A stretch of DNA of 64,000 nt from Candidatus Micrarchaeota archaeon (lineage in GTDB: Archaea > Micrarchaeota > Micrarchaeia > Anstonellales > Bilamarchaeaceae). The translations under genes and the position numbers were made by a program. Below are positions 29,034 to 37,889 of this stretch, in pieces; the stretch's first letter is position 1; the number at the start of each line of letters is the position of its first letter. Below the pieces are notes generated by a model, which saw nothing but the letters and a program-made list of their open reading frames with translations, ran no database searches and was not told where the DNA came from. Location of the stretch: the NCBI GenBank assembly GCA_043821365.1, contig JBDRCX010000003.1, positions 1 through 64,000 of the forward strand, written 5' to 3'.

Positions 29034-29486
29034 ATGGAAAAAAAGATAGACGAAACAGATATGGAACTACTTAAAATTCTAGAATCTAATGCAAAAGCCA
29101 GAATACATTCCATTGCCAGGAAAATAAATCTCCCAGCTTCAACTGTCCATCACAGGATAAAAAGACTTGAAGAAGAAGGCATTATAAGTTCTTGGACAAT
29201 AAAAAAGAATTTTTCTTCTCTTGGCCTTACTATGAAAGCACACATACTCACGTTCGTTGATCTGACTATGTTAACACAAATGAAAAGAACCCAAAAAGAT
29301 ATTGCAGATGATATCAAAAAAATAAATGGTGTAGAATCTGTTGACATTGTAACTGGAGATTCTGATCTTCTACTTACAGTTCGTTGTAAAGATATGAAAG
29401 AATTTCAAGATCTGTTGCTTAAGAAAATCCAATCAATAAAGGGAATTACAAAAACTAAGACTATGATCGTTGTGGCAGAGTGCTAG
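29034..29486 (+). CDS. Lrp/AsnC-family transcriptional regulator, divergent from asnA
   Basis: N-terminal HTH (STVHHRIKRLEEEGII) plus RAM domain (VTGDSD). Confidence 0.93.
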   Translation: MEKKIDETDMELLKILESNAKARIHSIARKINLPASTVHHRIKRLEEEGIISSWTIKKNFSSLGLTMKAHILTFVDLTMLTQMKRTQKDIADDIKKINGVESVDIVTGDSDLLLTVRCKDMKEFQDLLLKKIQSIKGITKTKTMIVVAEC

Positions 29487-29525
29487 AGATTTTAAAACAT
29501 ATGGTACTATATTCCCCTATTTCCA

Positions 29526-29643
29526 GGGCCCGTAGCTCAGCCAGGCTAGAGCGTTCGACTGATAAAAACTTTTTTGGAAAAAAAGTTTTACAAAAAACTT
29601 ATCAGTGATCGAAAGGTCATGAGTTCAAATCCCATCGGGCCCA
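29526..29643 (+). tRNA. tRNA-Ile(GAU) with 43-nt intron at 37/38 (29565-29607)
   Basis: GGGCCCG/CGGGCCC acceptor, TTCGA-CTGATA|A-TCGAA, TTCAAAT T-loop; CTGA/TCAG helix at the junction; one A-C mismatch in the T-stem. Confidence 0.93.
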
Positions 29644-29711
29644 TTTTTGTTAAATTCAAAGAACTGAGGTTCTTTGTAATCTCCCCTCATGGTACTAATA
29701 TTACATTGGGT

Positions 29712-30416
29712 CTATCTACTAATGATATAAGCCATAATAATTCCAACAAGAATAATTTGGTGAGTTAAATATATCGCCAGCGAATGTCTTCCTAAAATTG
29801 CCAGTCTATTTGCCCACGTATTTTTGAATTCAAATCTCTTATTTTTATAAATCAATTCACAAATAGCCATACCAGTCAAAACAACTCCAAACCAGGGTAA
29901 TATTGGATAAAAGTCAAGTGCTTCATATTCTGGATAAATAAGCCCAAGCCAAAACAGTGACCTTGAATCTGTTTGATGCAAATTGAACCATATACCTACA
30001 ACTATCAATACTATCCCAATCAACAAATTCCATTTTTTGAATCTAAAGAAAAGCGGTGCAATAAATGTGGAAAGCGCAATCATATGTATTATTCCAAAGC
30101 TAATGAAACCTTTGTGAGGGTAAATCCACGTAACTGCTGTTATTAAAATTGCAAAATTTGTCAGTTTAAACCCTCTCCACATGTGCTTTAGGTATCCATT
30201 TTTGTTTTTATTCTCACTCAAAACTAAAGATACACCAACCAAACCAACAAATAAAACTGCTATAACTCTCTGAAAAATTATCATTAATGGATTACTCATA
30301 TCAAAATTCGCAAGTCCAAAATAATTAAGGTCAAATATGAAATGGTATATTATCATTAACACTATGGCTAGACCACGTAATGCGTCTACTTCCAAAATTC
30401 GTTTATTCTCTTGCAT
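29712..30416 (-). CDS. DUF1624/HGSNAT-like membrane acyltransferase
   Basis: RILEVDALRGLAIVLMIIYH, FGIIHMI, DFYPILPWFG, LGRHSLAIYLTHQ. Confidence 0.88.
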   Translation of the reverse strand: MQENKRILEVDALRGLAIVLMIIYHFIFDLNYFGLANFDMSNPLMIIFQRVIAVLFVGLVGVSLVLSENKNKNGYLKHMWRGFKLTNFAILITAVTWIYPHKGFISFGIIHMIALSTFIAPLFFRFKKWNLLIGIVLIVVGIWFNLHQTDSRSLFWLGLIYPEYEALDFYPILPWFGVVLTGMAICELIYKNKRFEFKNTWANRLAILGRHSLAIYLTHQIILVGIIMAYIISR

Positions 30417-31230
30417 ATTCTGCTCTTTCAACAATTTTCTTTGCCGTTGCTATTGGAATACCAGTTAATTCAACTAGTTTATGTGGGTTCTCAGGTATGT
30501 CTGCTACCACAACTATTTCTCTTGATAATAACCTTCTCAATGTATCATTGTTCATATTCAAGACTGTGACTGGGTAGCACTTTGTTTTGTCTATTCTTTC
30601 TTCAAGGCTATTCTTTATTGGATATCTCCAACCAAGAAGCGGTATCTCCATACATTGTGCATAGGTAAGAACATCCTGTGAGAATTTAGTATTGGTTACT
30701 AACCATGGGTTTACAAAATTTTCACAATACCCGTTTTTCACACCTTCTTTCAGATCCAAATATCTTGAATAAACATAAAGTATGCTTTGTACTCTGCATT
30801 TTGTTCCTGGTTGGTTGTGAAATTTACATTCTATCATGTGGGTTTCATTATTTTTCGATGCTACAACATCTATTTCATGTGTTATGCACTTTCCTCTTAT
30901 TATATTTCTGAGACTTGTTTTGTAGCCTTGTATAGTTAGTAATTTTGATATAAAAGTCTCAAAGTCGTATCCTTCTGGTCCTATTTCAAACAATGCTCTT
31001 TTCAGATTGTATCTATGGGATAACGTCGGTTTTCTACTTTCTATTAAATTATAAAGCATTGCGTATATTTTTTTTGTTGTAATTCCATTGTACAATCGTG
31101 ATTCCAAAATATCAAGCAATTCTTCTGCTTCTTTTTGTCGTAGTCCTGTTCGTTTTAATGCCTTTCTTACTTTCTTGGCACTGAACTTTTCTTTCTCGCC
31201 ACTTTCCTTGACTACCCAAAATTCCTGCAA
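30403..31230 (-). CDS. ATP-cone plus Mrr-like restriction endonuclease domain protein
   Basis: VVKESGEKEKFS ATP cone; GYDFE, HEIDVVA, MIECKFH PD-(D/E)xK motif. Confidence 0.85.
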   Translation of the reverse strand: MQEFWVVKESGEKEKFSAKKVRKALKRTGLRQKEAEELLDILESRLYNGITTKKIYAMLYNLIESRKPTLSHRYNLKRALFEIGPEGYDFETFISKLLTIQGYKTSLRNIIRGKCITHEIDVVASKNNETHMIECKFHNQPGTKCRVQSILYVYSRYLDLKEGVKNGYCENFVNPWLVTNTKFSQDVLTYAQCMEIPLLGWRYPIKNSLEERIDKTKCYPVTVLNMNNDTLRRLLSREIVVVADIPENPHKLVELTGIPIATAKKIVERAEYARE

Positions 31231-31289
31231 TTTAACACCAAAACATATGCGAAGCTAAGAGTTTTATGTTTTTGTGCTTCATTCTAGTC

Positions 31290-32351
31290 ATGGCGGGTTA
31301 TTTTGATGGTGAGAATGAAAACCCCACCATAATTTGTGATGAAAAGATTCTTCTCCCAGATTATCTGCCAGATATACTATCTCAAAGAGAAAAAGAGCTT
31401 CAATACATAGCAGATTGTACAAAGCCATTACTAAAACGGAACACCTCTCAAAATCTATTTATCTATGGTTCTTCGGGAACAGGCAAAACAACCTGTCTAA
31501 AATATTTGATTCGTGAATTGTCTGAACAATCTTCTGCCGTGCTTCCAGTTTATATTAACTGCTGGGAAAACCAAACTCAGCTTTCAATTTACAATAGAAT
31601 TGTTGAAGAGATGCGACTTCCAATTCCAAGGCGTGGTCTGGCACCTGATGAAATATTCGATAAGATCCTTCAGTTTGTTAAAAACTACAAAAAACCAATC
31701 CTGCTTATTCTTGATGAGATGGATGCCATACGTCGCGAAGAAATTTTATATGCTATTTCGAGATCAAATGAAAAAATGCTTACATTCGGAATAATCGGCA
31801 TATCTAACAACAAATCATTACTCTCAAAACTTGATCAGAGAATCAAGAGTTCACTACGGTTTTCTGAAATGGAATTCAAAGAATATGGCGAGGATCAATT
31901 GTTTTCGATTTTGCGTTTACGAGCTGAAAAAGCACTTCTACCAAATAGTTTTGATGAAAAACTTCTTAGGAAAATTGCGCGTTCTGTTGAAGATGGTTCT
32001 GCAAGAGTTGCAATAGAAAGATTGTGGAAATCAGCTAAGCATGCAGAAAAACAAAGAAAAACAAAAATTATGATACAGGATTTAGAAGATATTCTGCTAC
32101 TAACTCCTGATTTTAAAAAACAGGAACTAAATCTATCAAAAGAGGAAAAATGTATCCTGGAAATTCTTAAGAATGGCCAATTAAGTTCCACCGAAATTTA
32201 CGAAGATTTCTCCAAAAAATTCAATAAATCAAAACGTCAAATAAGAAACTATCTTGATTCACTAGAAAAGAAGCGTCTAATAGAATCAGAAGAAATTACA
32301 TCTGATGTCATGCTTAAATTAAAGAAATTTAAATTGATTAATCGGAATTGA
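31290..32351 (+). CDS. cdc6: Orc1/Cdc6 replication initiator family protein
   Basis: PDYLPDILSQRE, GSSGTGKT, YINC, LILDEMD, RIKSSL, C-terminal winged helix. Confidence 0.92.
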   Translation: MAGYFDGENENPTIICDEKILLPDYLPDILSQREKELQYIADCTKPLLKRNTSQNLFIYGSSGTGKTTCLKYLIRELSEQSSAVLPVYINCWENQTQLSIYNRIVEEMRLPIPRRGLAPDEIFDKILQFVKNYKKPILLILDEMDAIRREEILYAISRSNEKMLTFGIIGISNNKSLLSKLDQRIKSSLRFSEMEFKEYGEDQLFSILRLRAEKALLPNSFDEKLLRKIARSVEDGSARVAIERLWKSAKHAEKQRKTKIMIQDLEDILLLTPDFKKQELNLSKEEKCILEILKNGQLSSTEIYEDFSKKFNKSKRQIRNYLDSLEKKRLIESEEITSDVMLKLKKFKLINRN

Positions 32352-32356
32352 TTAGA

Positions 32357-33154
32357 ATGGATTTTGATGAAATTCAAGGAAAAAACGAACATGTGTATGT
32401 ACAAAGCGGCCAGTTGTTCTCAGAGCAGTGCCAACTTCTAGAAAATTCGATCTCACTATCATTTCAAATCTGTTCTATCCTCTTTAATAAAAATCTAAAT
32501 GAAAAACAAAAATACCTTCTTGCATTTTTTCACAGAAATATAATCTATTCATCTGCATCATATCAAATGATACGTATGGGCTTTCTTGATCCTGCAGGGA
32601 ATAACATGAGAACCATATTTGAGACTATCATATGGCAGTATGCATATCTTACTGAGGATGAAGTATATTCAAATTTCAAAGAAATTGAAGATCTAGAATC
32701 TCAAAAAATGAAATCAATTACTGATAAAAAATGGTCTAATACTCAGGAGAGGAAACTCGAAAACTACCGGAGAAAGTATAGTTTCCAGAAAATGATGAAA
32801 AAATTATATTCTAAAAAAACATTTGAACAATTTTTCTTTAATCAATATTGGGTTCTATGTCAAAAATCACATTCAAGCATATTTGGTCTTAACTATAATA
32901 CACCTAATTTTGAGGGAACAACAACAATTGAAAAAAGGCCAAGTGAAATAAAAGACAATCTTATTGCCCTTTTGTATTTAGAAACAGAAAATCTTATTTG
33001 TTTCCTAAATTGTTTTTCTGATTACCTAACCCAACAACAAATAGACAAAATTCTAATCTTTATAAATAATGTAAATTCAAAAATTCCTCCAGCATTAACT
33101 CTTGCTCCAGATACCAAAGAACTTAAGTTCAACTTAAGATTCAAAGAAGTGTAA
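32357..33154 (+). CDS. Helical hypothetical protein (DUF5677-like)
   Basis: NNMRTIFET and YWVLCQKSH motifs; family assignment from memory only. Confidence 0.5.
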   Translation: MDFDEIQGKNEHVYVQSGQLFSEQCQLLENSISLSFQICSILFNKNLNEKQKYLLAFFHRNIIYSSASYQMIRMGFLDPAGNNMRTIFETIIWQYAYLTEDEVYSNFKEIEDLESQKMKSITDKKWSNTQERKLENYRRKYSFQKMMKKLYSKKTFEQFFFNQYWVLCQKSHSSIFGLNYNTPNFEGTTTIEKRPSEIKDNLIALLYLETENLICFLNCFSDYLTQQQIDKILIFINNVNSKIPPALTLAPDTKELKFNLRFKEV

Positions 33155-33775
33155 TCAATCCATTCTTATCAGGAATGTTGTTCGATAAAGTCTCTTTCCC
33201 TGGTCTCTTCCAACTAGTTTCTTAGTTATTACGGTCGTTATACCAAGATCAGATACAAGCCTTACGATTGGTTTTGATCTTCCAATATAAATATCAATTC
33301 CTTCGTCTTTTTCTTCAGTTTTTGTTAGAAAAGTAACATTTTCTAATTTGCTGATTAACATAATTGCAGTTTTTTCTATTTTTTTTCTATCCCCTCTAAG
33401 CTGGATTATGCCTTCATAATAACCACCACTAATACGTGAACAATCTTGGCAAATTGTTTTTTTCAGTTCAAGTGGTATTGAACGTTTTACCTTTGCACTG
33501 CTCGACATAATAAAAGTTGCATCCTGACTTTCAAAATCATATGTTGAAGATTCGATGTCACCTTTACACTTACCTAAAATATAATCACTTAATTTTCTCT
33601 TATTGTATGGTACCCATTCTCCGCGGAATTTTATTTTCTCACAACGCGTACAAGTTTCAAATTCTATTTTCTTCGGTATTTCTATCTTTATTGGATAGCA
33701 ATCTGGACAAAATGCTTCTATGAATTCAATTTGATTATTAGTTCTCCCGCATTTGGGGCAAATAAGGTTCGACAT
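33155..33775 (-). CDS. nmd3: Archaeal Nmd3 ribosome export/maturation protein
   Basis: CPKCG, CPDC, CTRC, CQDCSRISGGYYEGIIQLRG. Confidence 0.93.
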   Translation of the reverse strand: MSNLICPKCGRTNNQIEFIEAFCPDCYPIKIEIPKKIEFETCTRCEKIKFRGEWVPYNKRKLSDYILGKCKGDIESSTYDFESQDATFIMSSSAKVKRSIPLELKKTICQDCSRISGGYYEGIIQLRGDRKKIEKTAIMLISKLENVTFLTKTEEKDEGIDIYIGRSKPIVRLVSDLGITTVITKKLVGRDQGKRLYRTTFLIRMD

Positions 33776-33860
33776 ACATTTTAAACCATTGAGAATGATA
33801 TTAAAAAACGATGACATTGAAATTCTGGAAAAATTTCAATAATAAAAATCAGGGATTTTT

Positions 33861-35621
33861 ATGACAAAGAACATTAATCAAGCCATAAACTTGACATCTT
33901 ATTTTATCACACTGCCAGAATCACGTTTTATCGTCAGTGGAATCGTTCTCATCGGATTTATCTTTGGTTTGCTCATGAATTTAGATGATCCAAACATCAT
34001 TGAAAGTGCTGTTATTGATGGGATGATGTTGCTTGTTGCCCCTGCACTTTTATCTTCTTTTGTTATCAAAGTTTTAGTTAGAAAAATGCCTTACCGTAGG
34101 ATTGCCGCAACTGCTTTTGCTGGGGAGGTAGTTTATGCTACTGCGTATGTTTCGAGTATGCTACTTTCCAATATTAATCAATTCTGGGCACAACTAGTGA
34201 TTCTAATTGGAGCTGCTATTGTTTTTGTTTTTTGGTATGTAATTGCAAGATTTGTATTTATACTCAAATACCGTTCAATCCTGTTCTCCATAATCCAGCT
34301 TCTATTCTATCTGATATTTTTGTTGAGTGATCAGGCGCTCTATACTTCAAATGCACCATTTTGGGATATTGCAGCCAAATTCTACATATCTTCATTTGTT
34401 CTCTTGGGTGCAATAGTGATCTTCTTTTTTATAATAAATGCACCAATGAAGAAGAATCTTGGTTTAAGTAGTACTGATGCCGCATCTTATTTGTTCAGTG
34501 CATGGTTATATCACAATAAAGATATGGAAAATGCATTTGATCAGGTTGGTGAGGATGCAAAAACTCTTCTAAGTCTAAGTGGATTTAAACGTAAAAATGA
34601 TACTATTTTCTTTGTCACTCCATATGTGCATTATGGTCCATTTGGGAATCTTGGTGGTAGTGAGTTCTCGCATCTTATCGCTGATGCAATGGATAAAAAG
34701 TACAAATCAACTTCGTTTATTTTCCATGGTACTGTTACTCACGATCTAAATCCAGTTGCGACTACAGAAATTAAGAAAATATTGGATGTAGTGGACGAAT
34801 CTATAAAATCAGCAATTTATAAAGATGCAAAAGTGTCCATCTCATTAGGTAAAGAGGCAGAATGCAAAGCTCAAGCACTTAGAATAAACAACTCTGCCAT
34901 AGTGGGTCTAAGCCGCGCTCCAGAAGTTACTGAAGATATTAACCTTGGCCTTGGTATGGCATTGATGTTTGAAGCAGAAAAACACGTAGATAGGGCAATG
35001 ATCATTGATCAGCATAATGCAGAGACTGGTGATATAACTAGTTTTGAACCAGGAAGTCCAATTGCTTTTGGTTATATCCATGCAATTAAGGATGCCATTT
35101 CCAAAAAACCTAAATTCAAAAAACTCAATGTTGGTGTCGCTACACGTTCAATCGATTCAAACACAATAGGGAAAGCTGGCATTAAAGTTGCAATATTCTC
35201 GTCAATTCCAGAATATGTGATCGTGTTAATTGATTCAAATGGTGTTACACCTGGATTCAGAGATCAGATAGAATCATCAATACTTGAACTTGGTAAAAAG
35301 CATAAAAGGAATTTTACAGTCGGTGTGTTCACCACAGATACTCACCAAACAAATATGGTGCGGGGGGTATTGAATCCAGCCAAGGATCAAGAAACAACAC
35401 TTGAACTTATATGTGAGGCGTGTATTGTTGCCATGAATGATATGCAAGAGGCAAAATTCTTTTCAGATACTCGTTGGTTTGATATTAGGGTCATCGGTGC
35501 AAAACAGTCAATTGAAGTCATATCAACAATAAATTCAATTGTTGCAATATCAAAAATTACATTACCATTAATCCTTTTGGGTGGGATACTACTTTTGATA
35601 GGTGTTGTATCGACGTTCTAG
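33861..35621 (+). CDS. DUF2070-family membrane protein
   Basis: N-terminal TM helices then VHYGPFGNLGGS, HGTVTHDLNP, IDQHN, DSNG, TTDTH. Confidence 0.88.
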   Translation: MTKNINQAINLTSYFITLPESRFIVSGIVLIGFIFGLLMNLDDPNIIESAVIDGMMLLVAPALLSSFVIKVLVRKMPYRRIAATAFAGEVVYATAYVSSMLLSNINQFWAQLVILIGAAIVFVFWYVIARFVFILKYRSILFSIIQLLFYLIFLLSDQALYTSNAPFWDIAAKFYISSFVLLGAIVIFFFIINAPMKKNLGLSSTDAASYLFSAWLYHNKDMENAFDQVGEDAKTLLSLSGFKRKNDTIFFVTPYVHYGPFGNLGGSEFSHLIADAMDKKYKSTSFIFHGTVTHDLNPVATTEIKKILDVVDESIKSAIYKDAKVSISLGKEAECKAQALRINNSAIVGLSRAPEVTEDINLGLGMALMFEAEKHVDRAMIIDQHNAETGDITSFEPGSPIAFGYIHAIKDAISKKPKFKKLNVGVATRSIDSNTIGKAGIKVAIFSSIPEYVIVLIDSNGVTPGFRDQIESSILELGKKHKRNFTVGVFTTDTHQTNMVRGVLNPAKDQETTLELICEACIVAMNDMQEAKFFSDTRWFDIRVIGAKQSIEVISTINSIVAISKITLPLILLGGILLLIGVVSTF

Positions 35622-36454
35622 GCTCCTATCATCATTCTTAATATGTCTCTTATACCCGGTGCAAATCCCATTATTATAATTACTAATGCAATGTAATGTT
35701 TATCTTCTATTGATATTTTTTCTTTGTTTATTACATCTGCAGCTAAGAATGCTATTCCTGTTTTTATAAGGTAAAAGAACAAATATGTTCCACCTATTGC
35801 TCCTATTGCTGCTGAGAATACATGTTGTTCAAAATATCTAATACCAGATATTGTAGAAAAATAATCAATTACAAAAAATGTCGCAGCTCCATCAAGTGCC
35901 TGGCCAGCTACGACTGTGGCCAGTATTTCATTTTTGAAAAATTTCCACGCTATATAGGTTGGTATGGCTGCCAAAATCAATATTGGTATAGAGTAAATCC
36001 AATATTCCATGAATGGTATCAATATCAAGAAATGGGGGAGCCAGAGTGCCAATCCAACATACTTAACCAAGTCCATTCTCTTCAATTTATTGAATACTGC
36101 GATGGATGCTAGAAGTATTGCTGCAGTCAATATATACACTCCTGGGGTTACTGTAACATATCCATAATCCCAAAGATGACTGTTAAGCACAAATTCATGT
36201 ATTGGGGTTACTGGAGCAAAAACATTTGAATCAATTGAATCAGTTACAACTCTTACTGTTGATCCGAATAATACGAAAGCCATAATTCCAAAAATAAAAT
36301 TTTCATCAATTTTCAATTTTATTGTTTTGAACCATCTATGTATGAAAAAAATCGCTACCATTGCAATTACTGCGTATGTAATCGTATTCACTATATTGTA
36401 TCCGCTATGATCCCAAATAGGCTTGATAAAGTATTCGTATATAAAGTTTTCCAC
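35618..36454 (-). CDS. DUF63-family membrane protein
   Basis: GYNIVNTITY, TVTPG, QALDGAAT, YFEQHV, GFAPGIRD; GTG start. Confidence 0.85.
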   Translation of the reverse strand: MENFIYEYFIKPIWDHSGYNIVNTITYAVIAMVAIFFIHRWFKTIKLKIDENFIFGIMAFVLFGSTVRVVTDSIDSNVFAPVTPIHEFVLNSHLWDYGYVTVTPGVYILTAAILLASIAVFNKLKRMDLVKYVGLALWLPHFLILIPFMEYWIYSIPILILAAIPTYIAWKFFKNEILATVVAGQALDGAATFFVIDYFSTISGIRYFEQHVFSAAIGAIGGTYLFFYLIKTGIAFLAADVINKEKISIEDKHYIALVIIIMGFAPGIRDILRMMIGA

Positions 36455-36466
36455 CGTACCACTTCC

Positions 36467-36766
36467 ATGGATAGTAGACTGAAAAACATTATAAAATCAA
36501 GTGTGCGTTCATCAATTGAAAAATTATTAGATCAATCACGTGATTCATACCTACATAAAAACAAGGCCAGATCTATTCGCTATGTAAAAATGGCGTTTGA
36601 ATTATTAAAAAAGCACAAAATCAAATTGCCAAAACATCTAAGAAATAGTTTCTGCAGAAAATGTTATCTTATTTGGATTCCAGATAAAACAATAAAAATT
36701 CAATTTGATAAGAGAAGTAATTGTTTACGGGTACAATGTAATTGTGGGCATTCAAAAAGACTTTAA
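36467..36766 (+). CDS. rnp4: RNase P protein subunit Rpp21/Rpr2
   Basis: ARSIRYVKMA, FCRKC...C-NCG zinc motif. Confidence 0.85.
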   Translation: MDSRLKNIIKSSVRSSIEKLLDQSRDSYLHKNKARSIRYVKMAFELLKKHKIKLPKHLRNSFCRKCYLIWIPDKTIKIQFDKRSNCLRVQCNCGHSKRL

Positions 36767-36826
36767 TATACACGAATCCAAGTCCTTTTTAAATCCCATT
36801 TGGTAATATTTTTGTAAGGTAATTCT

Positions 36827-37813
36827 ATGGATTTTTGTCCTCATATTAAACCATACTTAAATCAAGTAGAAGAAACTATCGAATCTGAACTTTCAAAGGA
36901 AGATCAGAATACTTATGGTATGCTTGCTCCATTTATCAAAAGAGGAGGGAAACGTATCCGTCCAGCATTAATATTTCTGTCAGCTGGTGCCACTGGTGGA
37001 AAATATGAAGATGTTTTACAACCATCAATTATACTCGAGTTATTTCATAATTTTACTCTAATACATGATGATATAGAAGACAATTCTCAATTTAGAAGAG
37101 GAGAACCAGCAATACACATATCTCATGGTCTTCCAATTGCATTAAACTCTGGTGATGCACTATATACTTTTCTTTGGAAAAAAATCGTATTTCTTGATAT
37201 CAAACCATCAAAATTACTCAAACTTCAAAGATTGTATGCAACTTCTTTCAAAAGAGTTGTGGATGGGCAAGGTGCTGAGCTTTCCTGGATACAATCAGGT
37301 AAATTTGATGTAACTGAACTAGAATATATAACTATGATAAATGGAAAAACATCCGCACTGATAAGTCTTGCCTGCGAAGTTGGTGCATTGGTGGGTGATG
37401 CACCAAAAAAGATCAGAACTGCATTGAATGTTTATGGTGAGAAAATAGGCGCTGCTTTCCAAATACAGGATGACATCCTGAATCTTACTGGGAATTTTGA
37501 TAGTTATAAGAAAGAGATTGGTGGGGATATAACAGAAGGAAAAAGAACACTGATAGTTGTCCATTGTCTAAATAAGGCTAATGGTCAAGACAAATCACGG
37601 CTAATCGAAATTCTATCTTCACATTCAGCTAATCAGAACGATGTTTCTGAAGCAATTTCAATTCTGAAAAAGTATGGATCAATAGAATATGCAAGAAAAT
37701 ATGCACAGAATTTAGTTGATCAGGCAAAGAAGAAACTCAATGTTCTTCCTGACTCAATTGATAAAACAGCAATGATTAATTTGGCTGAATATGTGGTTAA
37801 TCGTGAATCTTAA
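36827..37813 (+). CDS. idsA: Polyprenyl (geranylgeranyl) diphosphate synthase
   Basis: GGKRIRP, HDDIED, RRG, GKT, FQIQDDIL, GGDITEGKRT. Confidence 0.93.
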   Translation: MDFCPHIKPYLNQVEETIESELSKEDQNTYGMLAPFIKRGGKRIRPALIFLSAGATGGKYEDVLQPSIILELFHNFTLIHDDIEDNSQFRRGEPAIHISHGLPIALNSGDALYTFLWKKIVFLDIKPSKLLKLQRLYATSFKRVVDGQGAELSWIQSGKFDVTELEYITMINGKTSALISLACEVGALVGDAPKKIRTALNVYGEKIGAAFQIQDDILNLTGNFDSYKKEIGGDITEGKRTLIVVHCLNKANGQDKSRLIEILSSHSANQNDVSEAISILKKYGSIEYARKYAQNLVDQAKKKLNVLPDSIDKTAMINLAEYVVNRES

Positions 37814-37889
37814 TTATCTTCTCTCTCGTATCCTCGTCGTTTGAATTCAATGAAAAAGTATTTAAATTAGAGTTACAAAATTATTGTCG

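Noticed and set aside
31231-31290. Replication origin next to orc1/cdc6
   Set aside because: The intergenic gap is very short, with no ORB-like repeats or unwinding element recognised.
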